Below are positions 1 to 11,662 of a DNA stretch of 40,640 bases, one piece after another. The stretch covers positions 46,311,323 to 46,351,962 of the forward strand of contig NC_068987.1 in assembly GCF_001194135.2 (NCBI RefSeq). Reading direction: 5' to 3'. Under the pieces are notes generated by a model that saw only the letters and a program-made list of their open reading frames with translations, had not been told where the DNA came from and made no database searches. A program made the translations under genes and the position numbers. Each line of letters opens with the position of its first letter. The first letter of the stretch is position 1. This DNA is from Octopus bimaculoides (Eukaryota).

Positions 1-272
1 CAGACAACTCATAGTACGCATCTATTACTTTAAGTCAGTCGACAAACGCTCCTTACATATTCTATAAATCTAATGAACATTTGAGACAATATGACGACAA
101 AACACAGTCCTCCATACTCTACCAACATACCAAGGACCAACATGGAGGCAATCTGGGTCAACTTGACATCCACATCTTATCCAAGCACCCAAAGGACCCA
201 ACACTCAGACAACTACAGGAGTACGTCCTCATAAATGAAACATCCCCAGTACTAAATAGGAAAAATACGTAG
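1..272 (+). mobile_element. Penelope-like element 3' remnant, GIY-YIG endonuclease C-terminal part (degenerate)
   Basis: EHLRQYDDKTQSSILYQHTKDQH...ILSKHPKDPTLRQLQEYVLINETSPVLNRK matches the pattern of the PLE GIY-YIG tail (EH..., S...QH...H, R...E...I....P.LN). The upstream part is frameshifted. Confidence 0.5.
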
Positions 273-1071
273 AATATATCATACCCCCATACCCACAGTT
301 TACACAGGTAGAGTAGAATAGTTAGTGGACTGTTACATAGACAGATAGGTGTATGTGTGTGTGTGGGTGGGTGCATGTATATTTGAGATGATCTCACCCC
401 ACTGCTTAAGTAGGCAGGCCAATATTCTCCCTGCATACGAAGCCAGTCCATCTCAGGGTTACCCATTTACAGCTAAGTGGACTGCAGCAATGTGAAATGA
501 AGTGTCTCAGTTTGACTCCTTACACACACGCACGCACACACACACTCTCTCTCCCCCTCTCTTCCATTCTCTCTGTCTCTCTCATGCTCTTTATTTCTTT
601 CTCTTTTGGTCACCAGTAATTTAACAGTTACATTAATCTCATTATTCTAGGTGGAGTTGCAATTGTCTTCCTGTGATTATCTTATCAAAAAATATTGTAC
701 AAACTAAATTAAACTGTATTGGATCACACTAAATGAGCCAACAAAAGAACCTCAACATGGCTGATCAATCTGCTAGAGAGAGCAGGCATTATTTTCTTAT
801 ATTACACTCTATCAACTTTTAAAAAAGGGTGACTCATTAATTGGATAACGTATTCCTAAGTGCATTTTGTCTGAAATTAAACAAATACAAGATTGTGTCA
901 GTTGGGATTGCTTTAATCGTAATTCTACACAATCAGAGCTGAACTTAGAGTAACCATCACCATCTATTACACCACCTCCAGTATATGACTAATGCATTAT
1001 TTTATCAGCCATGAACGAAATACAGCTAAGCATTTTGCCCGATATGCTAATTTTCGTGCCAGCTTACAACC

Positions 1072-1072
<1 letters not shown>

Positions 1073-1140
<68 letters not shown>
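1073..1140. repeat. (AAT)n microsatellite
   Basis: Perfect AAT run directly abutting the Dong/R4-like fragment. Confidence 0.98.
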
Positions 1141-1545
1141 TTCCTTAGCAGTCCCAGTCGTTCTTTATAGCTTCAATGTGCTTAACTGGAATACCAGTGA
1201 AATAGTCAAAATTGATAGAAAAATCCGCAAGCTACTGACTTGTAATAAGATGCACCATCCAAAGGCAGACGTGGATCGTCTTTACCTTACCAGAGCTCGG
1301 GAAGGTCGAGGCTTGATCCAGCTTGAACTTACGTACAAAACCACTACAATCGGACTGGCCAAATACCTTGAAACAACCAACGATTGGATGCTGAAACTTG
1401 TTGAAAAACATGAAAGACCGAAAAAACTTCACTCTATTCTGAAAGAGAGCAAAAAATTCGCTACCGAACTCTTAGATACCCATCAGCTTGATCAGGTTGA
1501 AGGAAATGCGCCAACTGCTGCTGCAAAGAAAATAAAATTAATTGC
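1141..1545 (+). mobile_element. 5'-truncated Dong/R4-clade non-LTR retrotransposon fragment (post-RT region), cut by assembly gap
   Basis: Open frame IDRKIRKLLTCNKMHHPKADVDRLYLTRAREGRGLIQLE, the typical HPK.D..RLY..R..GRGL motif of R4/Dong ORFs. It starts immediately after an (AAT)n array. Confidence 0.75.
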
Positions 1546-2473
1546 NNNNNNNNNNNNNNNNNNNNNNNNNNNNNNNNNNNNNNNNNNNNNNNNNNNNNNN
1601 NNNNNNNNNNNNNNNNNNNNNNNNNNNNNNNNNNNNNNNNNNNNNNNNNNNNNNNNNNNNNNNNNNNNNNNNNNNNNNNNNNNNNNNNNNNNNNNNNNNN
1701 NNNNNNNNNNNNNNNNNNNNNNNNNNNNNNNNNNNNNNNNNNNNNNNNNNNNNNNNNNNNNNNNNNNNNNNNNNNNNNNNNNNNNNNNNNNNNNNNNNNN
1801 NNNNNNNNNNNNNNNNNNNNNNNNNNNNNNNNNNNNNNNNNNNNNNNNNNNNNNNNNNNNNNNNNNNNNNNNNNNNNNNNNNNNNNNNNNNNNNNNNNNN
1901 NNNNNNNNNNNNNNNNNNNNNNNNNNNNNNNNNNNNNNNNNNNNNNNNNNNNNNNNNNNNNNNNNNNNNNNNNNNNNNNNNNNNNNNNNNNNNNNNNNNN
2001 NNNNNNNNNNNNNNNNNNNNNNNNNNNNNNNNNNNNNNNNNNNNNNNNNNNNNNNNNNNNNNNNNNNNNNNNNNNNNNNNNNNNNNNNNNNNNNNNNNNN
2101 NNNNNNNNNNNNNNNNNNNNNNNNNNNNNNNNNNNNNNNNNNNNNNNNNNNNNNNNNNNNNNNNNNNNNNNNNNNNNNNNNNNNNNNNNNNNNNNNNNNN
2201 NNNNNNNNNNNNNNNNNNNNNNNNNNNNNNNNNNNNNNNNNNNNNNNNNNNNNNNNNNNNNNNNNNNNNNNNNNNNNNNNNNNNNNNNNNNNNNNNNNNN
2301 NNNNNNNNNNNNNNNNNNNNNNNNNNNNNNNNNNNNNNNNNNNNNNNNNNNNNNNNNNNNNNNNNNNNNNNNNNNNNNNNNNNNNNNNNNNNNNNNNNNN
2401 NNNNNNNNNNNNNNNNNNNNNNNNNNNNNNNNNNNNNNNNNNNNNNNNNNNNNNNNNNNNNNNNNNNNNNNNN
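1546..2473. other. Assembly gap (others: 6458-7203, 18704-18813, 21629-22075, 24752-25444, 28653-28870, 29808-30280, 31247-32025, 38088-38255)
   Basis: N runs, mostly bordered by microsatellites. Confidence 1.
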
Positions 2474-2660
2474 CATCCATTCATAAATTTTTTTTTTTTC
2501 TTAATTACATGTTTTACCTGTGAATTTGCGTGTGTAAACTGGGAATGCATACAAACGAGTTTCTCTGTCCTAGGTGTACGGAAAACACTCGGTGAGAAAT
2601 GGAAGAAAATTTGAAGAAAGAAGAAAAAAAACAACATAATAATAATAATAATAATAATAA

Positions 2661-2779
2661 TATGGTTGTGATGCATGTGCTTGGTGTACCCTTATCAGAC
2701 GGGTAGCCATGATGGGTATAATGGGCTTCGTATATTTTACCCCAGTGTCACTTTGATGGCATGCACTGCTCTCTCACTC

Positions 2780-2780
<1 letters not shown>
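2661..2780 (+). mobile_element. ~120 bp element embedded in (AAT)n, probably the 3' end of an AAT-targeting retroelement
   Basis: Non-repetitive 120 bp flanked by (AAT)n on both sides (2637-2660 and 2781-2824). It contains short hairpins (ACCC-ttatcagac-GGGT; TGTCA-ctttga-TGGCA). Confidence 0.5.
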
Positions 2781-2828
<48 letters not shown>

Positions 2829-3130
2829 GTAATATATCCATGTGATTGTTTACTAGTTGCATTCCCAAGACCTTTTGCATATTCCATAAGCAAATTATGA
2901 CTATTAATATTAATAAATAAATCCTAGCTTCCTGAAACAGCTATCAAGTTAAGACATTATGTATTTTCTTAGTATTCTGTATATTGTTTTGCTCTGTGTA
3001 AATATATTTGTACATATATGTATATATATGTGTTTATCTTTCTGAATATATGTAGGTGTATGCTTCAATGTGTATGTATATATGTGCCATTCAAAAAGTC
3101 TCCTCACATGGGGCAGGCATTTTAAATGAT

Positions 3131-3545
3131 GCAAGCATGGCTGTGTGGTAAGAAGCTAGCTTCCCAGCCACATTATTCCAGGTACAGTCCCACTGCATGG
3201 CTCCTTGGGCAAGTGTCTTCTACTATAACCTCGGGCTGGTGAAAACCTTGTGAGTTGATTTGGTTGATGGAAACTGAAAGTAGCTTGTTGTATATATGTG
3301 TGTGTGTGTCTGGATGTGTGTCTTTGTGTCTGTGTTTGTACCCCTGTCACTGTTTGACGACCAGTGTAGATGTGTTTATGTCCCTGTAAATTAGCAGTTC
3401 AGCAAAAGAGACTGACAGAATAAATACTATGCTTAAAAAATAAGTTCCCGGGTCAATTTGTTCAACTAAAGCCCTTCAAGACATTGCTCCAGCTTGGCTA
3501 CAGTCAAATGACTGAAACAGGTAAAATAATGTAAGAATAAAAGAA
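3131..3545 (+). mobile_element. tRNA-derived SINE, family 1, near full length
   Basis: A-box-like TGGCTGTGTGG and B-box-like GGTACAGTCCC, internal (TG)n, tail ...CAGTCAAATGACTGAAACA. Related copies occur at 28466-29033, 33629-33877 and 38267-38445. Confidence 0.8.
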
Positions 3546-3551
3546 TCTATA

Positions 3552-4780
3552 TTGAGTCATCCAATAAATAATGCGGTTTTTTTTCAATTGCATGAACTAA
3601 AAGTTGGAGGGGGACGGGATAAACTACCTGCATCAACTTGCTATAAAAGTAAGTAATAATTTTACCTTGTACTTATTTTTAGTGCAAATTTTGAAGAGTG
3701 CAGTTCGATGTTAACAGTTATTTTTTCAAAGATATAATGGAAGTGACAAAGGAGCATATTCGGAAAGTGCAAGGAATATTAATGCAGTATATGGGGATTG
3801 GACAATACGCGTAAGCCAGTGTCAACGGTGGTTCCAGCCTAGAAGACAAGCCTCGTCCTGGAAGATCTGTACAGCTTGGCAAGGACGTCCTACAAACCCT
3901 GGCGGTACAAAGTCCCATCGTAACATTTAAGGAACTAGCAGAGAAGCTTGGATTTGGTCATTTAACCATTCAATGATACCTGTGTGCCATCAGAAGAGTC
4001 AGCAAATTGGGTCAATGAGTTCCTCACAAACTGTCTGAGGCTAATCATGCACAGAGAGTGAATGTATGCTCTTCTTTGCTGTCATGTCTCACGAATGAAT
4101 CGTTTTTGGACCCAATAGTGACTGGTGATGAGAAATGGGTTCCCTATAAAAATGTCAAGTGCCGAAGACAATGGGTAGGGAAAGGAGAAACACCGACACC
4201 ACAGGCTAAAGAACGTCTTGACCGAATAAGGTGTTGTTATCTGTTTGGTTGGATATTAAAGGTTTAGTCCACTTTGAACTTTTAAACCTAAACCAAAACG
4301 ATAACAAACGAGATCAACTGCAAGCAGCTTGAGTGGCTTAAGTGAACACTAGAAGCAAAACAACCATTTTTTGGTTTTAAGACGAAAGGTATTCTTCTAT
4401 CGGGATAATGCTCGGCCACATACAGCGAGGACGACATTCCAAAGACTGGAGCAGTTTGAATGGAAAACGATGCTCAACCCACCATATTCATCAGACATTG
4501 CCCCATCTGATTATCATTTATTCTACAGTTTTCAAAATCGTTTGGATGGAAAAAATATGAATTCTGTAGACAAGGTCAGAACAGTACTGGAGGAGTATTT
4601 TTCATCACAGACAAGTGAATTTTGGAAGAGGGTCTTTGCAAGTCTACCAGATAGATGGAAGAGCATTGTAGAAAATGAAAGAGAGCATATTTTAGATTAA
4701 AAAAGAACTTTGCTTATCTTAATTTTGAAAAATAAAAGTATAAAGAAACTGCATTATTTATAGATTTATGGGATGACAAC
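3552..4780 (+). mobile_element. Mariner DNA transposon (DD34D), full-length but decayed
   Basis: Left end TA|TTGAGTCATCCAATAAATAATGCGG with an imperfect inverted copy at 4742-4780. Transposase runs from MEVTKEHIR (3737) through VTGDEKW, DNARPH and YSSDIAPSDY, with 34 residues between the last two Asp; it has frameshifts and stops. Confidence 0.92.
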
Positions 4781-4914
4781 CTCCTACAACAAAGCAACTT
4801 TATTTCATTTTTCATTTTTTGTTTTTAATTGCGCCATTTTATATTGGTATTAACTTCTTTATCCCCTTTCAACATTATTTTTTATAATTTATTATAATTT
4901 TTATTTCTATATAC

Positions 4915-6239
4915 ACGCACACATACACACACACACACACGTTCATATACACACACGAAAAAAATACATGCACCTGTGAACACGCATATACCTCCCACAC
5001 ACACCACTCACATAAACACACATACATACACATATACACACACATACACACACGCACATACACACGCACACACGCGCATACACGCGCACACACACACACA
5101 CATGCGCGAGCGCGCACATGCATACATACACACACACACACACATACACCCACGTGCACACACACACGTACACAAAAGCATACACACACATAGATACCTA
5201 ACCCACACAACCCCACGCACACACACAGACACACACATATATACACACACACACGCACACATAAACGTACACACGTACACACAACCACATGCACATACAT
5301 ATACAAACACGAGCATACATGCAACGAAACGCACACATAACTCGACATACATTTCCATGTTCACACACGCATATGCACACGCACAAGATACACACATGCA
5401 CACACGCATATACACATACACGCACACACATATACACACGCACATACACATGTACACGTACATGCACATATATACACACACTCACAAATTTACGCACACA
5501 TACCTCCCACACACACAACACACACTCATACAGACACGCACACAATTACACATATGGGCATAAAAACACACGCACATACACGCACACACGCACGCACATA
5601 TACCTCCCCACACAACCCCTCGTTCACACACATATGCACACACACATACACACGCACACACACACATGCACACACACAAAATACAAACATACACGCACAT
5701 GTACACACGCACACTCACATGTACACTCACACGCATGCACATATATACACACGCTCACACATACACACACATGCACACGCAAATTAACCCACACATACAT
5801 CCCATACACACACAACACACACTCATACATACACGCACACAATTATACATACATGGACACACACACGCACATACAAGCACACATGCGCACATACACAGAG
5901 TAAGATACATTTACTCCACAGACAACCCCACATACAACCTCACGCATACACATACCCACACGTACACACAATACACACACGCATACAGACACACACTGCA
6001 CACAACATATACAAGCATGCACACACACACATACTTCAAACTACCAGTTAAACACCTTTCTGCTGACCATTCTCCTACGGACATGTGTAGGGAGACACAC
6101 AACACACAGTCACTCCTACCAAAATTCTTACTACAAATTCTTCATACGACCTTAAGCAACACTAAGTCCAACCACACACATACATAAAAAGCCACAACCG
6201 CCCCCCCCCACACACACATAAGCACTTACACGTGCTATC

Positions 6240-6270
<31 letters not shown>

Positions 6271-6310
6271 ACCTGCGTGCACGCACATACCCACACATAC
6301 ACACACATAC
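4915..6310. repeat. Long degenerate (CA)n/(CACG)/(CATA) compound microsatellite
   Basis: Seen directly; it produces the HTHT/CVCV pseudo-ORFs. Confidence 0.95.
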
Positions 6311-6394
6311 CTCCTTCTCATGCACTCTCCTCTCTTAGAAAGAACTTTTTCTTCACCTATTCATTTCCGGTCATTTCAATATGTGACCGCGTGT

Positions 6395-6457
6395 GTATCG
6401 TTGGCGATTTTCTTTCTCCGTCTTCCCTTCTTTGGACTTTTTCTATATTTCTGATGA
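6395..6457 (+). ncRNA. Probable PLE terminal-repeat fragment ending in the hammerhead core CTGATGA, truncated by gap
   Basis: A pyrimidine-rich tract (ttctttctccgtcttcccttct...) resembles the tract preceding the hammerhead at 22979-23015 on the minus strand. CTGATGA at 6451-6457 abuts the N run. Confidence 0.4.
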
Positions 6458-7203
6458 NNNNNNNNNNNNNNNNNNNNNNNNNNNNNNNNNNNNNNNNNNN
6501 NNNNNNNNNNNNNNNNNNNNNNNNNNNNNNNNNNNNNNNNNNNNNNNNNNNNNNNNNNNNNNNNNNNNNNNNNNNNNNNNNNNNNNNNNNNNNNNNNNNN
6601 NNNNNNNNNNNNNNNNNNNNNNNNNNNNNNNNNNNNNNNNNNNNNNNNNNNNNNNNNNNNNNNNNNNNNNNNNNNNNNNNNNNNNNNNNNNNNNNNNNNN
6701 NNNNNNNNNNNNNNNNNNNNNNNNNNNNNNNNNNNNNNNNNNNNNNNNNNNNNNNNNNNNNNNNNNNNNNNNNNNNNNNNNNNNNNNNNNNNNNNNNNNN
6801 NNNNNNNNNNNNNNNNNNNNNNNNNNNNNNNNNNNNNNNNNNNNNNNNNNNNNNNNNNNNNNNNNNNNNNNNNNNNNNNNNNNNNNNNNNNNNNNNNNNN
6901 NNNNNNNNNNNNNNNNNNNNNNNNNNNNNNNNNNNNNNNNNNNNNNNNNNNNNNNNNNNNNNNNNNNNNNNNNNNNNNNNNNNNNNNNNNNNNNNNNNNN
7001 NNNNNNNNNNNNNNNNNNNNNNNNNNNNNNNNNNNNNNNNNNNNNNNNNNNNNNNNNNNNNNNNNNNNNNNNNNNNNNNNNNNNNNNNNNNNNNNNNNNN
7101 NNNNNNNNNNNNNNNNNNNNNNNNNNNNNNNNNNNNNNNNNNNNNNNNNNNNNNNNNNNNNNNNNNNNNNNNNNNNNNNNNNNNNNNNNNNNNNNNNNNN
7201 NNN

Positions 7204-7260
<57 letters not shown>

Positions 7261-7574
7261 TGTATGTGTGTGTATGTATGTGTGTGTGTGTACACATATA
7301 TATCTATGTGTGTATTTTTGTGTTTGTGTTTGTCCTCCCCCAACACTACCTGACAACCATTGTTGGTTTGTTTACGCCCTTCTAACTTAAAAGTTCAACT
7401 AAAGTGACTGGTAGAATAAGTGCCAAGTTTGAAAACAAGTACTGGAGTTGACTTGTTTTACTAAACTTTTTAATGTGATTCCCCAGCATGGTTGCATTCC
7501 AATGACTGTAACAAGTAAAAAGTAAAAGTTTAAAGAAGATTGGAAGATTGTGCTGGGACCACCACAAAAACAAC

Positions 7575-7745
7575 ACTCAGGATATAGTGTAAAGTGGTTA
7601 GCATTAGGAAGGGCATCTGGCTATAGAAACTTTGCCAAAGCTGATGTTGGATACCAACGCAGCCCTCAAGCTCGTCAGATGCTGTTCAACTGGCCAACCC
7701 ACAATAACATAAAGTACAGATGTTAAATGATCATGATGGTGATAA
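7575..7745 (+). mobile_element. SINE fragment, family 3 (3' part with (GAT)n tail)
   Basis: GGTTAGCATTAGGAAGGGCATC...CCAACCCA...GATGTTAAATGATCATGATG; a reverse-complement relative lies at 18416-18610. Confidence 0.6.
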
Positions 7746-7905
7746 TGATGAGTTCCATAGCAGACTGTTGTTTACATGTAGCTTGCCTTATACAGCTCTG
7801 TTAGATATTTTCTCCATCAGTTTAAGGCAGCTCCAATGCAAAAGAAAGTTAGAAATGCTTTCCCAGTTTCTCAATTAAAACTCCCCATTCATTTCCATTA
7901 CTTGA

Positions 7906-7982
7906 CAAAACTTGCATTTTATTGTTAATATCATTATTGCTTTGCAAAACTTGCATTTTATTGTTAATATCATTATTGCTTT
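7906..7982. repeat. Two-copy tandem duplication of a 39 bp unit
   Basis: caaaacttgcattttattgttaatatcattattgcttt occurs twice head-to-tail. Confidence 0.9.
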
Positions 7983-9128
7983 ATTGTTTATCTTTATTAT
8001 TTGTATCATTTGAATCGTTAAAAAAAAAATTCTTATTTTCTGTTAGAAAATCGTTATTTGTTTCTTCTTGTGAAACAAATGTATTCTACTGAAGAATTCA
8101 TTTTCTTTTTTAATGTCCACTCTTTGTAGATATGTGCTTGTTTTCATTTGTAATTATTATTATTGTTGTTATTTTTGCTGTTGCTGTTATTAGGGCAGCC
8201 ATTTTGTTTGTTTACAAGTAGTAGAAAAGGAAAAAAGAAACACAAACCATTTTTTTCCTTTTACCCCCCACCATGGAAGAATTAATGCATACAATTAGAT
8301 TCCTATTTCCCTATTAAATATGTTATCCCCATCTAGTTTCACCTGGTGGTAATCCATCATGTAGGAGAACTAAATGAATATCTTGAAGCACCACCACTAC
8401 CACTACTATCACTACCACCACCAACGCTACAACCACCAACACTACCACCACCAACACTTTCACCACCACCACTACAACAACATTTTTATTGGGCACACTG
8501 GCCCATATAGTTTATACAATATCATGAAAGAAAGGAAGAGAAATACAAGGCATTTTGTCTATAACTCTATTGATTCTACCAATCTTCTCAGAGACATTCT
8601 CTATATGACCACTCACCTCTGTTAGAAATAACAGCTAAATCACCCTGAACTCACACCTGACCATCATAAGAAAAGACAGGACATGTTGGATAAAGTAATT
8701 TCAGGCTTCTTCAATATAGGGAAAAAAGAAACAGGATTGACATGTCTGGATTGGCTTTGATCATAAATCATTGATCAGGGGCTTAGCATCAACAGCAGTA
8801 GCTGTGTGTATATCTGTGTGTATATATGTGTACGTATGCATGTATGTATGTATGTATTATGTATGTATGTATGTATGTATGTACGAGGGGTGTCCATTAA
8901 AGATTTACCCTGACCCACTTTCGGTTATTGCAGGAAACGGAACTTGTACAGGTATAATCACACATGTTTCTACATGTCACATTGTAAATTATAGCTTTCT
9001 ACTCGTATCCGTTTGTCTTTTACGGCTGCTGAAGTGGACTAAGGCGTTATAATGGAGGCAGTTGAATGCAGATCAGTGATCAGGTTCTTACATCAGGTTG
9101 AGTAAAAAGTAAGCAACGTTTTGAACCA

Positions 9129-10545
9129 TGAAGAATTTCTACCGGATTTTTGCAGAGTTTTGACCTTTTTAAAACATTTTTTGCTATTGTCTGGTAATAC
9201 AGACATAAACTTGCCTAAATGCATCAATAAATTAACATTAATATTTTTTCACCGTTGTTACAATCATCTCGACTTGTTCGTGTATGTTTGTGCGTTGTTC
9301 AAAGGATTATTGGAAAATGTTAATTGTTAATTGTTGCGTTTTTTGACACCTGTTTTTGCTGCCTTACGGTAGTTTTGTTAATGCTGTTGCTCTTATTTGA
9401 AGGGGGCAGCGATGTTTGAAAAAAAAATCACAAAATGATGAATTATGAGAACTTAAGCTCCTCAGAATTCTCTTCTTTGGAGGTGGAACTGATAAAAGCC
9501 CTGGATAATGCAGATAGGAAAATGGATTCCGCCACCAAAAACCAAATTAATTTGGAGGAAATTGGTAAATATAAGGAGATACTAAGAAGGGACGGACACA
9601 ATGTGAAGGTTTCATAATGCTGAGGGTTAGAGTGGGGGGTAATATCCCTCGGTGCTCCAAATGTGGCCAAAATGGTTACATTAGGATAGACTGTTCTCCA
9701 CCACCCGCTTCCAGGCAAACCAGGCCCGTGAGCGGAAAGGAAGCCGCACCTCCGCCTCCAGTACTAACCAGTGCAGAAGCAGAGATAGGCTAAAATAAGG
9801 AAGATGACAGATGAGAAAAAGTGAAAAAAAGGAGAAAGAGGAAGAGGAAGACAGCCGGCGAGTGATGAACCCCATCTCACGACCACCCGACTCCCACCCA
9901 AGCCCACTCTGACCCACTCTTCCCCTGCAGACACCAATCCTCTCCCTGCCCCACCCGACAAGGAAAAAATGAGCACATGCACACTGGAGCCCCAAATTTC
10001 CTAATCCCTGCCCTGTAAGGAAAGAAAGGAAAAAGAGAAGTACATGGTTTTTAACGATGAAACAAGCGCCAAACTTATAAACAGAATTCATCGTTGGGAC
10101 AAGATAATATATGAGAGCACGTATCTTTGTCATGAGGTGTCCAGGAATTTGGGTTGTATTATAGTCGACCCTATGAATATGGAACGACTAAAGGAATATG
10201 AAGAGAACGTTAAATACGAGGCAAAGAATATAGATACCAGCAAGATGCTCACAATGGTGAATCTATTTAAATTAAAGCAAGACTTTAGTATAGACATTTT
10301 ACAATGTTTAACGTGTTCAAAAGATTTTTTAAATGAATAAAAAGTTATAAAAAAGGGTATAATTGTAAGGTTAAATGAAGGCGCCCGGATGTGGGATCGA
10401 GCGTCATCATTTCATTAGTCATTATAAATTTATTTTATTTTTATTCATCCTTCCATCCGTTTTTTGTGTCCCCACTTACATGGTACCGTCCTATTTGCTT
10501 ATGTACTGTCCCCTCTATATTTAGCCCTTTGTGGGCAATAAAAAA
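9129..10545 (+). mobile_element. 1.4 kb A-tailed retro-insertion encoding only an ORF1/Gag-like CCHC protein (decayed)
   Basis: It interrupts the left end of mariner B. One reading of ~300 codons (9435-10340) with one frameshift and a few stops includes CSKCGQNGYIRIDC (9653-9694). A 3' stem-loop lies at 10374-10410 and the element ends AATAAAAAA. No RT motifs. Confidence 0.6.
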
Positions 10546-11459
10546 TTCGTTGTCACAATTATCTGAAATGGAACTATAAAAGCGCGATATTCGAGCAATT
10601 TTTGCTATTCAACTTCAAAACAGAGCGTAAAGCAGCTGAAACTGCTCGCGGTATCAACGAAACGTTTGGTGAGGAATGACCAGTGAGTGGTCAGTTCAAA
10701 AATGGGTTAAACGATTTCGCAGTGGAGACCTGAGCTTTGAAGATTGTGAGCATAGTGGACACCCGTCTGTCATCGATGACGGTCGATTAAAGACCGTCAT
10801 TGAGAAAGATCCACGTAAAACCACTCGAGAACTGACAAAAGAACTTCAAGTTAGCCATAAAACTGAATGCAGCTTGTGATCGGAAAATCAAAAAAGCTCA
10901 GAAAATGGGTACCACATGATTTGAATGAAAATCAGAAAATGCGCAGTTATGAAATTTGCTCGTCGCTTCTTCTCCGTAACCAGACCGATGCATTTCTCGA
11001 CCGTATTGTAACTTGCGATGAAAAGTGGATTCTGTACAATAATAAAAAAAAAAACACTCTTCGCACTGGTTGGACCAAAATGAAGCACCGAAAACCTTCC
11101 CTAAACCTAAGCTCTTCAAAAAGAAGACTATGGTGACTGTTTGGTGGTGTACTGCTGGACCCGTTGAGGCGAAATGGCCCAGTGGTTAGGGCAGCGGACT
11201 CGTGGTCGTAGGATCGCAGTTTCGATTCCTAGACCGGGCGTTGTGAGTGTTTATTGGACAAAAATATCTAAAGCTCCACGAGGCTCCAGCAGGGGGTGGT
11301 GGCATACGCGAATTCTCTGAGCGTTTTTTACGTTCTCTTCTTCGGGTTTTTTCCCTTTATTTAACGGTCATTCTAATAACTATTTTGTTTGTCTTAATAA
11401 TGGTCATTTACATAGTAATTTCCCTTTGTTTCACGCTCATTTTCATAGCATTTTTGTTT

Positions 11460-11530
11460 GTCTTAATAACTGACGAGAAGCCGGTGCAGATTTCCGCCCC
11501 GACATCTGAAACTCTGAGTTTTATTATGAC
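11460..11530 (+). ncRNA. Candidate type I hammerhead ribozyme with atypical long stem II
   Basis: Stem I GTCTTAATAA/TTATTATGAC (9 of 10 pairs), core CTGACGA, 31 nt domain II, GAAAC, near-palindromic stem III ACTC-T-GAGT, cleavage triplet GUU. Confidence 0.55.
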
Positions 11531-11559
11531 AACTGAATAATTGTCACATATTACATTAC

Positions 11560-11592
<33 letters not shown>

Positions 11593-11594
<2 letters not shown>

Positions 11595-11662
11595 TGGAGG
11601 CATAATGATCCAGTAGTTAGGGCAGCGAACTCGCGGTCATAGGATCGCGGTTTCGATTCCCA
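11593..11662 (+). mobile_element. Second family-2 SINE head inside the first SINE
   Basis: GGTGGAGGCATAATGATCCAGTAGTTAGGGCAGCGAACTCGCGGTCATAGGATCGCGGTTTCGATTCCC, following (TA)n. Confidence 0.8.

Noticed and set aside
1178-2676. 300-480 aa ORFs spanning N runs (also at the other gaps)
   Set aside because: Length is an artefact of unknown bases; only the called part 1141-1545 is informative.
2661-2780. Possible HDV-like or hammerhead ribozyme on the minus strand (CTGATAAG, CGAAG)
   Set aside because: I could not build the required P1-P4 pseudoknot or three-stem junction.
4875-6187. Many long ORFs rich in HTHT, CVCV or YIYI (also at 14369-14750, 22560-22941, 35810-36757, 39586-40054)
   Set aside because: Translations of di- and tri-nucleotide microsatellites, open on both strands; no coding signal.
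10374-10410. 3' hairpin of the ORF1-only element as a SECIS or hammerhead
   Set aside because: Lacks the apical AA and GA quartet of a SECIS and both hammerhead core strands; kept only as a generic stem-loop.
11161-11235. tRNA gene (also the heads at 3131, 11593, 21540-21610, 33629)
   Set aside because: No acceptor stem or complete cloverleaf, and each continues into a SINE body.
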